A program made the translations under genes and the position numbers. From Octopus vulgaris (taxonomy: Eukaryota): 64,000 nucleotides of DNA. This document shows, piece after piece, positions 23,846 to 37,988 of this stretch. The notes beneath the pieces were generated by a model, which was not told the origin of the DNA, ran no database searches, and saw nothing but the letters and a program-made list of their open reading frames with translations. The stretch is taken from positions 14,942,001 to 15,006,000 of the forward strand of contig OX597835.1 of NCBI GenBank assembly GCA_951406725.2, in the 5' to 3' direction. Each line of letters opens with the position of its first letter. The first letter of the stretch is position 1.

Positions 23846-24240
23846 CTAGCAGTATCGTCCGGCATTGCTCGGGTTTGTAAGGGAAATAACTATATAAGCA
23901 TTTTTAGAGATGTAAAGTATAATAGCCATCTCAATATGGCTAACCACAAAGGGGGGGTGTTACTGTAGCTTTTTACGTTCTGAGATTTAATAATAAATTT
24001 TTAGAGAGTCACTTCCCTTATATATGCCAAAAATGCATTAAAAATGGGAAAAATTGATGGTAAATTTTTTAGAAATCGTAGACTCATCGTAGACGCGCGC
24101 TAATACCCAGAAGGGCTCGATATGAATCACGACTATAAGATACCCACTTTTGGTTAAACTGCACCGCAAAATGTGGGAGTAGTTAGGAATCTAAATCGTA
24201 GGAGACAGACAGCACACAACCTCTCTTTTATATATAAAGA
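23846..24240 (-). mobile_element. Non-autonomous Helitron, same family as 21069-21450, inverted
   Basis: Reverse complement of the 21069 element with the same TC...CTAG termini between A and T. Confidence 0.85.
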
Positions 24241-24906
24241 TATCTTCCGAGCTGGTCGAGTAAACCGGTAGAAAACGGCAGCCAAATCTCTCATAAATCA
24301 CAGCATAGTCTTTAAAAAACAAAACAGTATACACAATGAATAATGTACTTCTAGGTACACTATGTCGGATTGATACTCAGGAGAGTCAGAAGGAAGAAGA
24401 TTTTGATAATAAATCGACTCAAACCGAACAGAGATGGCCTGAGCATAAACAACGACCTAATTAAGAGATCGTTATTCACACATATATAGATGTGTGTGTG
24501 TGTGTATGTGTGTGGAATAAGAGTTCTTGGAAGTATACAACGAAAGATATTAATAATGATACTGAAAATAAGTCAGAAGATGGAAGTATGTTTTGATTTA
24601 TTATTTATATACAGAGATGTGTGTATCTCTAAAAGCAGAGACACAAGATTGCCTCTCTAGCACAAGACATCTCGATAAAAAAAAAAAGCTAAAATAAGCA
24701 GCGGACTACCATTTTACATCTCTATATATAAATAAAAAAGAAATATATACTTTTATCTTAATTATTTTCTCTGGTGTCATAAGTGTGTGTGTATTACACA
24801 TTTTTTTCTTTTATAAATCACGAAAACGCGGTAAAAAAAATCTAACAGTGTGTATTAGGTTGACGCAGAGGAAAACTGGGAGAAGTCTTTAACTTTTCGT
24901 GCATAA

Positions 24907-25077
24907 GGCGTAGGAGTGGCTGTGTGGTAAGTAGCTTGCTTACGAACAACATGGTTCCAGATTCAGTCCCACTGCGTGGCACCTTGGGCAAGTGTCTTCT
25001 ACTATAGCCTCGGGCCGACCAAAGCCTTGTGAGTGGATTTGGTAGACGGAAACTGAAAGAAGCCCGTCGTATATATG

Positions 25078-25108
<31 letters not shown>

Positions 25109-25285
25109 ATATGTTTGTGTGTGTGTTTGTCCCCCCAACATCGCTTGACAACCGATGCTGGTGTGTTTACGCCCCCGTACTAGGCTTACAAAGAATAAGT
25201 CCTTGGGTCGATTTGCTCGACTAAAGGCGGTGCTCCAGCATGGCCACAGTCAAATGACTGAAACACATAAAAGAGTAAAAGAGTA
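24907..25285 (+). mobile_element. SINE family A
   Basis: Head, CORE-like block, TA/TG tract and tail; short internal deletion. Confidence 0.9.
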
Positions 25286-25779
25286 AGTCCTTTTTTGGGA
25301 AGGGGTAGATGAGGAGAGAAAAGAGAGAAAGAACAAACGCGCCTCAGACACCGCATACTGAAATGACCGGAAGAGAAAGAAGTTGACTTGAAGCGTGGCT
25401 TTCAAGGGAGATAACAGCAGTGACCTGACATGCGGGAGGGGCGCTCTTCTAGTTTTAATTATTTGAAGTAAGGAAATAGTTGGTTTCTAACAAAATACGA
25501 AGCTCTGGCATTGGAATGTTGATGACAAAGTCACATGCTAAACTTTAGAAAAGTCTTCAAGTTTTTACAGTTCCGCTTACAGATCCTATTCGTAATATGC
25601 GTGCTAGCTGTTTGGTTGTTAGTTGTTTGTATGCATGCAGTTAGGTATGCATGCATTAATGTATGTATCTATGTATTTATTTATTGAATTTATAACCCAC
25701 AATTAATGGCAGCTGCTTTAATTAATTTATTTTTGCGTTTTTTTTTCTCATTACACATAAGATATACTCAGCTAATATC

Positions 25780-27420
25780 AAAAATTCCAGCTTATCTTTG
25801 GTTTAAAGTTTTCCGCCTTTGTTTAGCCTTCATATTGGTTCAAATTGCTCCTCGTCAAGTCTTGATAAATATTGACAACCATGGAGCAGTTTGTTTTTCT
25901 TTTCTCTATTTTCCCTTCACCGGGTTTTTGAATTCCACTTCCATTTAATCATCCTTTAAATTTAATTATTTTCGTACTTGATCTTTATCTATTTGTGCCC
26001 TTTCTTCGATGTTATACGGCTATTTCTTCGACACTTGAGCGTTTCCATATATGGGAAAGAAAATTAATTTTACTTTTAATTTACTTATATTCTCTTCAAA
26101 GAACTTTCCTAGATCCATTGTAGTCAATTGAAACTAGTTTTCACCAGCATCAGGCTATTTTCTATCTGTGCATACAGTGTGTGTGTGTGTGTGTGTCACA
26201 CGCACATACATAGCCGTATGCCTATGGTAGATACATCCATGTGCTTCCATGTTCGATAAAACATCCACAGTAAATATATCTGATAAAGCTGCTTTTTATT
26301 ATCGTCTCTCTTTTTATTGCTGTGTTATTGATGTTATACTGTTTGATATTGTGTTGTTTTGTCTGCCATACCAAAATTTACAGTGCTTCCCAATATCCAA
26401 GAGAGCGATATTAAGTCGAAGCCTTTTGCTGTAATCAACTCCTACCACGCTAACGTTTTTATCTTCTTTTCCAATCTTTTCTCTTTCTTTGTTGTTTTCA
26501 ATAACTGCGCGGTTTACCAATAGCAGTTCTTTATACACTACTGCTTCTCTGGTTTCCAATTGAGCAACTAGCCTTTTGCTTGAAATAGATGTCAAAGATG
26601 TGTATAATGTTCGTAAACAGTTTAACGGTCGATAGTTTTTGGGGGTCCCTGATCGTGTTATTTTTATGAAATTGATATTGCTTTCTCCTCCAATAACTAG
26701 TGTCGTGTCGGTTGTTTTCTTCTTTAAGTATTTTCGCTTGAAGTCGGGGCCAGAAATTCATATGATTGGCAAAAGTTACTTAACCAGAAATGGCAGACGT
26801 CATTAATTTCTGGAACCTTCCAGTTGCTACTGATCTTACTCGTTTCAGTAAATTCTCTGTTGGATATACTGCACCAGGTTTCCAATATTATTGTCTTTCT
26901 GTTCCAACTCTTCTTAACTTAATCATTATACATTTTATGAAATGAATACTTTCGTTCACTAGATTCTCTCAATATATTTGAATTCTATTTATTGATGTTT
27001 TATATTCCACTCTAATCTCAGTAAATCTATTTCTCCCAAATCCCTAGCTTCCGGTTTGATATTGCTTCATAATGATGTCACAGTACGATTCTCAATAGAA
27101 TTTCTTAGACTCTTTTACTTGCTTTATTTACTAAACTGCGGCCATACTGTAGCACCACCTTGAAATCTGTTAACATTCATTTCAAAACTTCTTGTTTCAA
27201 AATCTCTTCAACAAGATCTGTCTTAAAGTTACTTTCACTTTCAGGGTCTTTTCTTAATTCATTAAAATTCTTAATATTTCATTTACTTAAACCTGTTATA
27301 TCATCCTTTTTTTAAAAACTGGTTTATAATGCTTTTTCTTTTGTTTTTCCTTTTCAGCAACAGCTACTTACCATCCTTCCGAAGAATGTTTACATTATAT
27401 TTTTTTTAAATATCCTGGAA
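25780..27420 (-). pseudogene. Possible ancient, heavily decayed LINE reverse-transcriptase remnant
   Basis: Purine-rich minus strand with broken ORFs; near 26410-26450 it reads VVGVDYSK then GGCTTCGACTTAATA, close to the RT motif DxxKAFDxI across small indels. Confidence 0.3.
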
Positions 27421-27688
27421 ACTTACTTGTTTCGGCATTGACCTGGCGTCCAATTTCTCGACCCACCACTTATAGTGCGTGATGGTACTTATTTAATCGA
27501 CCCCGAAAGGATGAAAGGATAAGTTGACCTCGACGGAATTCGAACTCAGAGCGCAGCGGCAGACGAAATACCACTAAGCATTTCGTCCACCGTGCTAACC
27601 ATTCTCCCAGCTCACCGCCTTACACTGACCCGCATACCGACATACCGGCATACACCATCCATAGACACATGCTTATATATATATATAT

Positions 27689-28048
27689 GAGTGGCTGTGT
27701 GGTAAGTAGCTTGCTTACCAACCTCATGGTTTCGGGTTCAGTTCCACTGCGTAGCACCTTGGACAAGTGTCTTCTACTATAGCATCGGGCCGACCAAAGC
27801 CTTGTGAGTGGATTTGGTTGACAGAAACTGAAAGAAGTCCGTCATATATATATATATATGTATGTGTGTATGTGTGTGTGTATATGTTTATGTGTCTGTG
27901 TTTGTCCCCCCAATGCTGGTGTATTTACGTCCCCGTAACCTTAGAGACCGATAGAATAAATGCTAGACTTACAAAGAATAAGTCGATTTGCTCGATTAAA
28001 GGCGGTACTCCAGCATGGCCAGTCAAATGACTGAAACAAGCAAAAGAG
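27689..28048 (+). mobile_element. SINE family A
   Basis: Family A layout with small deletions; starts in (TA)n. Confidence 0.85.
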
Positions 28049-28467
28049 TATATATTTATACACGCATACACAATCACGCACTGGCACACGCTTACGTTGC
28101 TACCCACACACATTGCTATGCACATACGGATTGACATAGAAAGTTGATGACAAAGTCGGACAGTCTCAAGGACACGAGCTCCTAATGTCGAATCATTTAA
28201 TGCGTGTTAATGCTCTTGTTGATCAAACATTTCAGTCATGTAGCAATTATTTTGGAACAACCCTGCCTCCTTCTACTGTAACTGTCGACAGACTCCAGTT
28301 ATAAACTGTAACAAAATGAACAAAAAATGCTGCTTTGCTGAGCCAACAGAGGACCCTATTTATAGGTTTTCGATTTGCAGAAATAGCAGCCATAGCTTAT
28401 TCAAACTACACCTATTGCCTTTTAAGACCTTTAAAAGGTAAGAGTGAATAATATATCTATCTATCTA

Positions 28468-28504
<37 letters not shown>

Positions 28505-28995
28505 CTCCATGCACAATTGTACATACACGCATATACATACATACACACACTAAAATATATATATATATATATATCTGTATTGCACACATACACACACACA
28601 CATGCGTAGAAAAAGACGCAATGGTCACGACTAGAAAGCATCTGAATTAGGTTTGCACGATCAGAGATGACCTGGGGCTGAATAACAGCATGTTGCTTAG
28701 CAAAGAGCGTGTAACTAATGGTATTCGTTGCTGAAACTGCAGTCACTAACGATTCTCGTACGATTTCTGCATAGGTTTGAAGGATGTAAAAGGAAATGGA
28801 AAGATGTGGAGAGATTGAAGTGTGCAAGAATAGATCGTGCCAATTATAAGTTTTAAAATGGGAGCACGGAAGATGCGACTGCAGAGGGAGAGAAGCTATC
28901 AATCACCGAAAAAATAAATAAATAAATAAATATATAAAAGAGGCAGAAAGTACAATGAAGTGATAAAGAGCAGCAAAGAATATTTAAAATAAAGT

Positions 28996-30421
<1,426 letters not shown>

Positions 30422-30641
30422 TACAGAATACAAGTATTTCTTGGGCGTATTTTTGATATAAAATAAGATAGGTTTGTTTTGTGAAAACGTGTTCGATAAT
30501 GTTTATATCAAACGTAAAAATTTTGTTATATTTAGTATTATAGATTAATATATAGATCGCATGCTGATATAGATTAATATATATGTATCACATGTTAACG
30601 TGAATTGATATACATACATCACGCGTACAAAGTGTAGAAAC

Positions 30642-30691
<50 letters not shown>

Positions 30692-31630
30692 CGTATCACG
30701 TGTAGATTAATCTTTTGCCTGTCCGATATATTTTTCATAAATTTGTTCTAAGCGTCGTTAAGACTTATTTGCAGACTTGTAATGAACCCTTGTTTCTTAC
30801 GCTTTGGGTAATATAAAGCTTTCCTTTCTCAAGTCACAAGAGACTCTGGTTTAAAAAAATAATGGTATTGTGTATTATATATGATGCACGGATAAACAAA
30901 GGGTTGGTCTACACATAACTCTGTAAGGTAGTTAGTGTCAGGACAGGAAGAGCATCCAGTCGTAAAAAAAAATATGCCAAAACAAAGAAGTCTGGTGCAG
31001 TCTTCAGGCTTACCAGCTCCTGTCAAGCCGTCCAACCCATGCCAGCATGGAAAACTGATGATGATGATGACAATGTACATACAGGTTAATATATACATAC
31101 GTACATATACACACACATATACATACATATGTACACACACGTACACGTACAATACGCACACACACACACACACACACACGCATACATACGCACAAACACA
31201 CACACATACATACGCACACATAGGTTTATGAATATATCACATGTTTATTAATCACAGATATCAAAGTAACAGGATTAGCAAAATTATGAGATTTACGATC
31301 GCCATTATCAACGGAAAAATTTTACGTGAATGATGCGCAATTGTTCATATCCCGTCTATCTCCAAAAGATTATAGGCTTTTACTATTTCATCCATACTAA
31401 ATCAATATATAATTAAGTAATTTACCGCAGAAATTACTATCATTAGTTTTCTCTGTTTTGGAAGGGGTTTAGCTCTTTCGGCAGTTTGATTCTTAAGAAA
31501 GTGTAACATTTATAAGGCTTTGTAAACATTGCTAAAATTACAATATGTACGCTTATCTCTCTACATGTGTACTTTGAGGCATTACCGGAGCTTGCAAGAC
31601 AGAAATGACTTGGTAATATGTAAGACGTTA

Positions 31631-31984
31631 GGTGCAGGAGTGGCTGTGTGGTAAGTAGCTTGCTCACCAACCACATGGCTCCGGGTTCAGTCCCACTGCG
31701 TGGAACCTTGGGTAAGTGTCTTCTACTATAATCTCGGGCCGACCAAAGCCGTGTGAGTGGATTTGGTAGACGGAGTCTGAAAGAAGCTTATCATGTGTGT
31801 GTGTGTGTCCAACATCGCTTGACAACCGATGGTGGTGTGTTTACGTACTCGTAACTTAGCGGTTCGGCAAAAGACACCGATATAATAAGTACTAGGCTTA
31901 CAAAGAATAAGTCCTGGAGTCGATTTGCTCGACTAAAGGCGGTGCTCCAGCATGTTCGCAGTCAAATGACAAACAAATAAAAGA
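31631..31984 (+). mobile_element. SINE family A
   Basis: Family A head to tail; followed by a SINE B fragment (~31990-32075). Confidence 0.85.
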
Positions 31985-33193
31985 ATGAAAACGCCGGACA
32001 AAATGCCTAGCGGCATTTCGCTCATCCTTACGTCCCGAGTTCAAATTCTGTCGAGGTCACCTTTGCCTTTCATCCGTCCCTAAAGTCAGATACAAAAATA
32101 CAGACACACGCATACACGCACTCATATATACACATACACACACACGCGCAAAATCCGCTCACACAGCTTTAGTAGAAGACACATGCTCAAGGTGCCGCAC
32201 AGCGTGTCTGAACCAAGGATCTCATGGTTGGACAACGAGCTCCTTAACCATACAGCCACGCCTATTTAGTCGTGAATAGACATCCTGTCGTTCCCATCAG
32301 GCCACGTACACTTGTGTGCAGTCTAAAGATAGGAAAAATACGATACTCAATTATTTCAACTTTCTCACGAAACCGAGATTGAGGGGGCTGATACTCGCTC
32401 CCTTTTATCATTTCCCCCTTAAACTAGGGAAAATGGTAAAGTCTTTACATAGATAAGAGTCTCGTCAATTGCAGATAAATTCATTTCGGAAGTTCGGTAA
32501 ACTTAGGCCGAAGCGTTTTATAGTCGACAGGGAATATCTACTTGGCAATCTCTCAAGGCAATTTCGTTATTTACTAATTTCTCAAGGCAATTTATCGTAA
32601 CACCAAAGCAGCTTTTTTTATGATTTTTTTTTTTTTGGTTTTTTTTTTCAACAAGCTTCTCTATAAACTGAAAACAAACCACGACAAAACAGCCTGAAGG
32701 CAAGCACTTTACTAGTCAATAATTCAATATTTTTGCTTAAATAAAATTGATAAATCACATTAGGAGCTGAAAGACATAAACCTGCTTCAATAGTGCTTCC
32801 CTTAAAGTAACCGTTTTCTTTTGTTCGCAGTTATATATTTTGTATTTGCATTTTAACAAAAAAAAGAATAAATTTATTTTTTAGAAGGGAAAACTGTTTG
32901 ACAGAATATACAGAAAACAATGCAAGATTTTTTTGTATGTGTGTGTGTGTGACAGGTTTCTACGTATAAAATTGAAGCAGTTCCGATATATTTGATAAAT
33001 TTGAGAGATTCCAGATTAGATTCAGTACAACGTCAATACCGGTGGTAGCACGACACATTAGCTGATTGGCTGAAATTTCGATTTTTCTGTCATTTCTCAA
33101 GCAGTTTCATCACCACTTCTAATAATAATAATAGTAATAATAATGATGATGATGATGATGATAAAAATTTTTTTTTTAATAATAATAATAATA

Positions 33194-33715
33194 GGCTTCT
33201 GATCTTATCTGATTGGAAGTGTTATCATGTACATTGTTTTGTCTTGGTATAAAAGTTAGGCTACAGCAAATATTCTGCTCAATACCACAGATTTGCTTGT
33301 TAGTTGTTTGACCTTAACCAGTTGAGCATGTCCCTTAGTGGCTGACGATATGTGCATCTCTGATCATGAGCAGAAGTAGTGGGGGAGCATCATCGCCATG
33401 TGTTGATAGGGATTTTTTGGGGTTTGAATAATTCACCTCTGGAAACATAGGTGTTTCATTCACCATCCTTAAACAACCCTTATTCAGGGACCTTTTAAAC
33501 AGGATGGGTTACTTGACCAGAAGAAAATTCTAATTGGGCCCCACCTGCAGGGTCATGTGCTGTTTATCTTGATATGAGATCACCATGTCGCGCACATATG
33601 GTTGTGATGCATGTGCCTGGTGTACCTTTATCAGATGGGTAGTCATGATGGGTATACTGGGCTTTGTATATTTTACCCTAGTGTCACTTTGATGGCATGC
33701 ACTGCTCTCTCACTC

Positions 33716-33765
<50 letters not shown>
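33194..33765 (+). mobile_element. 3' end of an (AAT)n-tailed retroelement embedded in (AAT)n
   Basis: Homologous to 52864-53787; shared 3' end CTCTCACTC(AAT)n, different 5' truncation points. Confidence 0.75.
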
Positions 33766-33766
<1 letters not shown>

Positions 33767-35461
33767 CGTTTCTATTATAAGCACCAGGCCTGAAATTTGT
33801 GGGGAGTGGGTAAGGCGATTTCATCGATCCCAGTGCTTATTTTATGGTACTTATTTTATCGACCCCGAAAGGATAAAAGGCAAAGTCAACTCTGGTGAAT
33901 TTGAAAGAAAAAAACGAACGAAATGTCACCAAGTGTGCTAATGGTTTGGCCATCTCCACTGCCCTGATAATTATAAATAAAAAAATAATTAAAAGCCTAT
34001 TTGGGGGAGTGATGCGCAAATTATGAACTTTAATCTTTTTATTACTAAATTTCTTTGAAATGTGATCCCTCTGCTTCAATTCACTTTGAAATAACGAAGA
34101 CTTAAGAAAAATAATGTTGTCGTTATTTAGCTGGCATTTGGAGCATAAATTAACATGAGATTTTGATGAAAGATTTAAATTTAAATCATTTTAAAAACAA
34201 GTAGTTTGTAACATATAAAACAAGGTAGAGTCTCGGGCGAGGTGCCACCAAATGGATTGCCCATTTAGCTGCTAATCGATTCTAGATCATCAAATAATTT
34301 ACAAGAGATCTTTGGTTACACAGTGGCTACTTTCATTAGTTTCGTTATAAAACTATAAATTTCTATCTTGGATGATGTTTGGAAATGCTACAAAATTAAC
34401 ACAACCTGTTTGGAGGCTGGATATGCATGAAACAAGTTTAAATTTTCCCATAAGAATTAAGTGTCGGTTATACTTGAGGGCTTCCATAAATATGGAAACA
34501 TGCCGTGATGATAACTAAGGGATTTTTCGGGATGATCATGATGAAGGAGCATAAAATCAGTGTAATTTTTTTTTGAAAATATAAAATGTTCAGACCTCCA
34601 GGCCACCATACTTCGATGGATTTTAATAAGGGAGACCAATGCATGGAACTTGGACATGGCTATGTGGTTAAAAAGTTCGCTTCTCAACTAAGTGGTTTCG
34701 GGTTCAGTCCCACAGTGCGGCACCTTGAGAGAATGTCTTTTACTACAGACCTGACCCAACCCAATATTCTAAGAGTGGATTTTGGAGACAGAAACTATAT
34801 AATCCAACCATATATGTAAGGGAGGGGATGCGCTGCTTGCTGCTTGACGACCGGTGTTAGTTTATTTACCGTCGTAGTTCGCAAAAAAGACACCCACAGA
34901 AAAAGTACCACATAAAAATACAAGGGGGGGCCGATTTGTTCGATTGAACACTTTAAGGCGTTGCCTCAGAATGGGCGCAGTCTAATGACTGAAACAAGTA
35001 CAATAAGCATAAAATGAATAAACGAATATAAAAAAAAAAGTTAAAAGCTTTTTGTGAATTAACAAAGAGTAAACTTTATGATGAATGAACGTATGTGCAC
35101 GTATCTGAGTTAAGGGCTTTTTAGAAAGCGAATGTTTTTCATCAACAGCAAAAACGAACCGTATCAATGTTATCAGATATGTGATTGGGTCAAATTCTTG
35201 AATGCGGGACAGGGAATGAGAGAGCTATCAACAAGAGAACTATCAACCAGAAGTTGACACAGGAATGTTAAAACGAAGATAGTGTAAAGAACTGTAGCGA
35301 TTTTAACAGAAACTATCTGGTAGCCCTTTCTCTCTACGTTAAACGGTCACCTCTATTTTTTTTTTAATTTTATTTTATCTAGTTTCAGCTCACGACGAAA
35401 ACTGGTGAGGGAACAAGCAGCAGGTGTATTAATTTGACGCTCGGGAAGGATAGAAAAGCTT

Positions 35462-35495
35462 TTGACGTTTCGAACCTATGCTCTTCGACAGAGAG
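35462..35495 (-). ncRNA. Degenerate minimal hammerhead motif (Penelope-like)
   Basis: CTGTCGA-A-GAGC ATAG GTTC-GAAA-CG-TC; A6 replaced by T and stem I poorly paired. Confidence 0.45.
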
Positions 35496-35560
35496 GGATG
35501 AAATAGAGAGAGAAAAATGTGTCGGGATATATACATATGTGTATATATATATATATATAT

Positions 35561-35806
35561 GATTGATTGATTGATTCTAGTTTCAGCTCACGAGCTGTGG
35601 CCATGCTGGGGCACCGCCATTTGGTGTTGCTACATGATTTTACTTCACGAATGCTTTTTAGCAATTGCCATTTGGTGCATGAGAGAGCTCGATGCAGCTG
35701 CCCTCATCTGCACCTCCTGCCGTGAAGTTGGTTCATCTGGGACACCTGACAGGAAGAGATCCAGTTTTATTTTAAAGACATCTGCATCCACCCCATGCAG
35801 GTCTCT
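35561..35806 (-). mobile_element. 5'-truncated CR1/L2-group LINE 3' end; tail homologous to SINE A
   Basis: RDLHGVDADVFKIKLDLFLSGVPDEPTSRQEVQMRAAASSSLMHQMAIAKKHS* (stop 35647-35645), then GGCGGTGCCCCAGCATGGCCACAGCTCGTGAGCTGAAAC and (AATC)n. Confidence 0.8.
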
Positions 35807-36400
35807 CTGATTTTTTTCTTATAACAAGATGTTCTTTTTATCTCTATACACGCGATTGTTATGTTGAATGTAAACTATATTTTATTTATCAAGCAATGAC
35901 CTAACTAATGAGTGTGCCACTCGGAGCAGCCCTTGGGTTTGCCGCCGCCAAATTTTTCCCCTCTCTTATGCAGATTTATACAGCAGACACAAAACTGCCG
36001 ACCCGACCAAAGCATTTCTTGAAGCAGATCACTCCCATTGGCCTCTGCCCTCTATGCCAAGTCACAACAAATGCTTCACTCTCTATAATTGTCAATATTG
36101 TTAAAACACACACAGTTTTATTGGTATTAAACGATAATCGTTAGATATTCTTTAGTGGCAGATTTCGACCCGAAGTAAATGAATACAACATTAGAATGCT
36201 CCCTTTTCCTTAATATTTCGAATAATTTGTACACACAGTACGTGTGAGTGTATACTGAGGCTATTTTTTAAGAAAGGCAACGGAATAGCTACCAGAAGGG
36301 TGATTCGAAACTGAGAATAAAATCAGAATATATCGTAAAATTTCTGTCCACTGATACTTGAAGTTTCGCCCAACGGCTTATTCAACCACTGGCTAAATAA

Positions 36401-36402
36401 AC

Positions 36403-36437
<35 letters not shown>

Positions 36438-36444
36438 AAGGAAC

Positions 36445-36481
<37 letters not shown>

Positions 36482-36518
36482 AAGGAACCATGTGTGTGTG
36501 TGTGTGTGTGGAAGGAAC

Positions 36519-36549
<31 letters not shown>
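36401..36549. repeat. Minisatellite of GGAAGGAACCA + variable (TG)n
   Basis: Three GAAGGAACCA motifs separated by TG runs. Confidence 0.9.
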
Positions 36550-36551
<2 letters not shown>

Positions 36552-37768
36552 ATGCGCACAGAGGGAAGACAAAACGGAGGGGACATACAAAAGATGTTGC
36601 ATTAGTTTAATGCTTAAAAATAAAAGAAAGAGTTTGGAGGTTGCGGATGCACAGCCTTCATCAGAAAAAAGAACGAGAAAAGGTGGTGGAAAGAAGAGAA
36701 AGTTCTTAGAGGCCAGATGAGAATGCGGTTCTATGGGAAGGTAAGATGACAAGAGGACGCAGGGTGGCGTGTGCATGTACAGGAGGGTTATGCACACAGG
36801 TGCACTCAAACACACACACACATACGTGTCCATACACAATGCATTTCTACGTGGTTGTTACATTTTCCTATACTGCAATGGTTGGAACCATTTCTTCACA
36901 GCAAAACAGCTGACCAAGAGACTCCTTCCTGTACTGAGAACATTGTATAGGAATAAAAAAATTTCAATTGTCTATGATGTTCTCTAAAGTCGCAAGCGTT
37001 TATAGATAAATACAATCATCCTTTTATCTCTTTGATAAAATAAAAAATATATATATATATACATGGAGCCCGTTTATAGTATTAGCCTTGTATTATTTCA
37101 ATGAAGCATTTGTTTATAGCGAGTGTGAGGGTTGCCTTGCTTAGATAGGATTTAAGAGAAAAGAGAGATGGACTGAGTCATATTTACAGCGATATCTATC
37201 AACACATTATTCACATCTCCATTTAAAATACAGAGAAGTTTCATCTATTTTATTTGTAGATATATTGCATTCCACTCTCCTTTCCTCTCTCTCTAACAAC
37301 TGATAACATTGAAAGTAATGGCTGAGATAGTAAATACCCAAGTTTATCAATCACTGCACTGTTGTTTGCATGCGTATGTTCATTCGACACAGTTTCGAAT
37401 ATTTTTTTTTTTTTCATACTCTTCCAAACAGTTTGCAAAAAATATTTTACTCAACAGTTGTCCAGAAAGTATCCAATGGCTCCCCGTACATGCAGACCCA
37501 TACCAAATCATTTTTTTCTATAACACGTCATTTATCTATCTATCTATCTATCTATCTATGGATGGATGGATGGATGTTTTTTTTTTCTTTTTCACCTTTT
37601 CAAGTAGGGTCCCGCCAGCTACTCCTGGACCCCTTTTTTTTGCGGCTCTTTGGGTCCCGGACCGATCTCCCGACCGAAGCTGTTACATCTTATGAAGCTT
37701 TCCCACATCAGTTGATCCCCAAAATCAGTCTGTGCTATCATATATGCATGTGTGTGTGTGTGTGTGTG

Positions 37769-37988
37769 TGGCACAATGGCCCAGTGGTTAGGGCAGCGGA
37801 TTCGCGGTCATAGGATCGCGGTTTCGATTCTCAGACCGGGCGTTGTGAGTGTTTATTGAGCGAAAACACCTAAAGCTCCACGAGGCTCCGGCAGGAGATG
37901 GTGGTGATCCCTGCTGTACTCTTTCACCACAACTTTCTCTCACTCTTACTTCCTGTTTCTGTTGTACCTGTATTTCAAGGGGCCGGCA
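37769..37988 (+). mobile_element. SINE family C, 5' half
   Basis: Family C head and body between (TG)n tracts. Confidence 0.85.

Noticed and set aside
36401-36549. Regularly spaced GGAAGGAACCA repeats resembling a CRISPR array
   Set aside because: Repeat is only ~11 bp, spacers are pure (TG)n, no cas genes, eukaryotic context.
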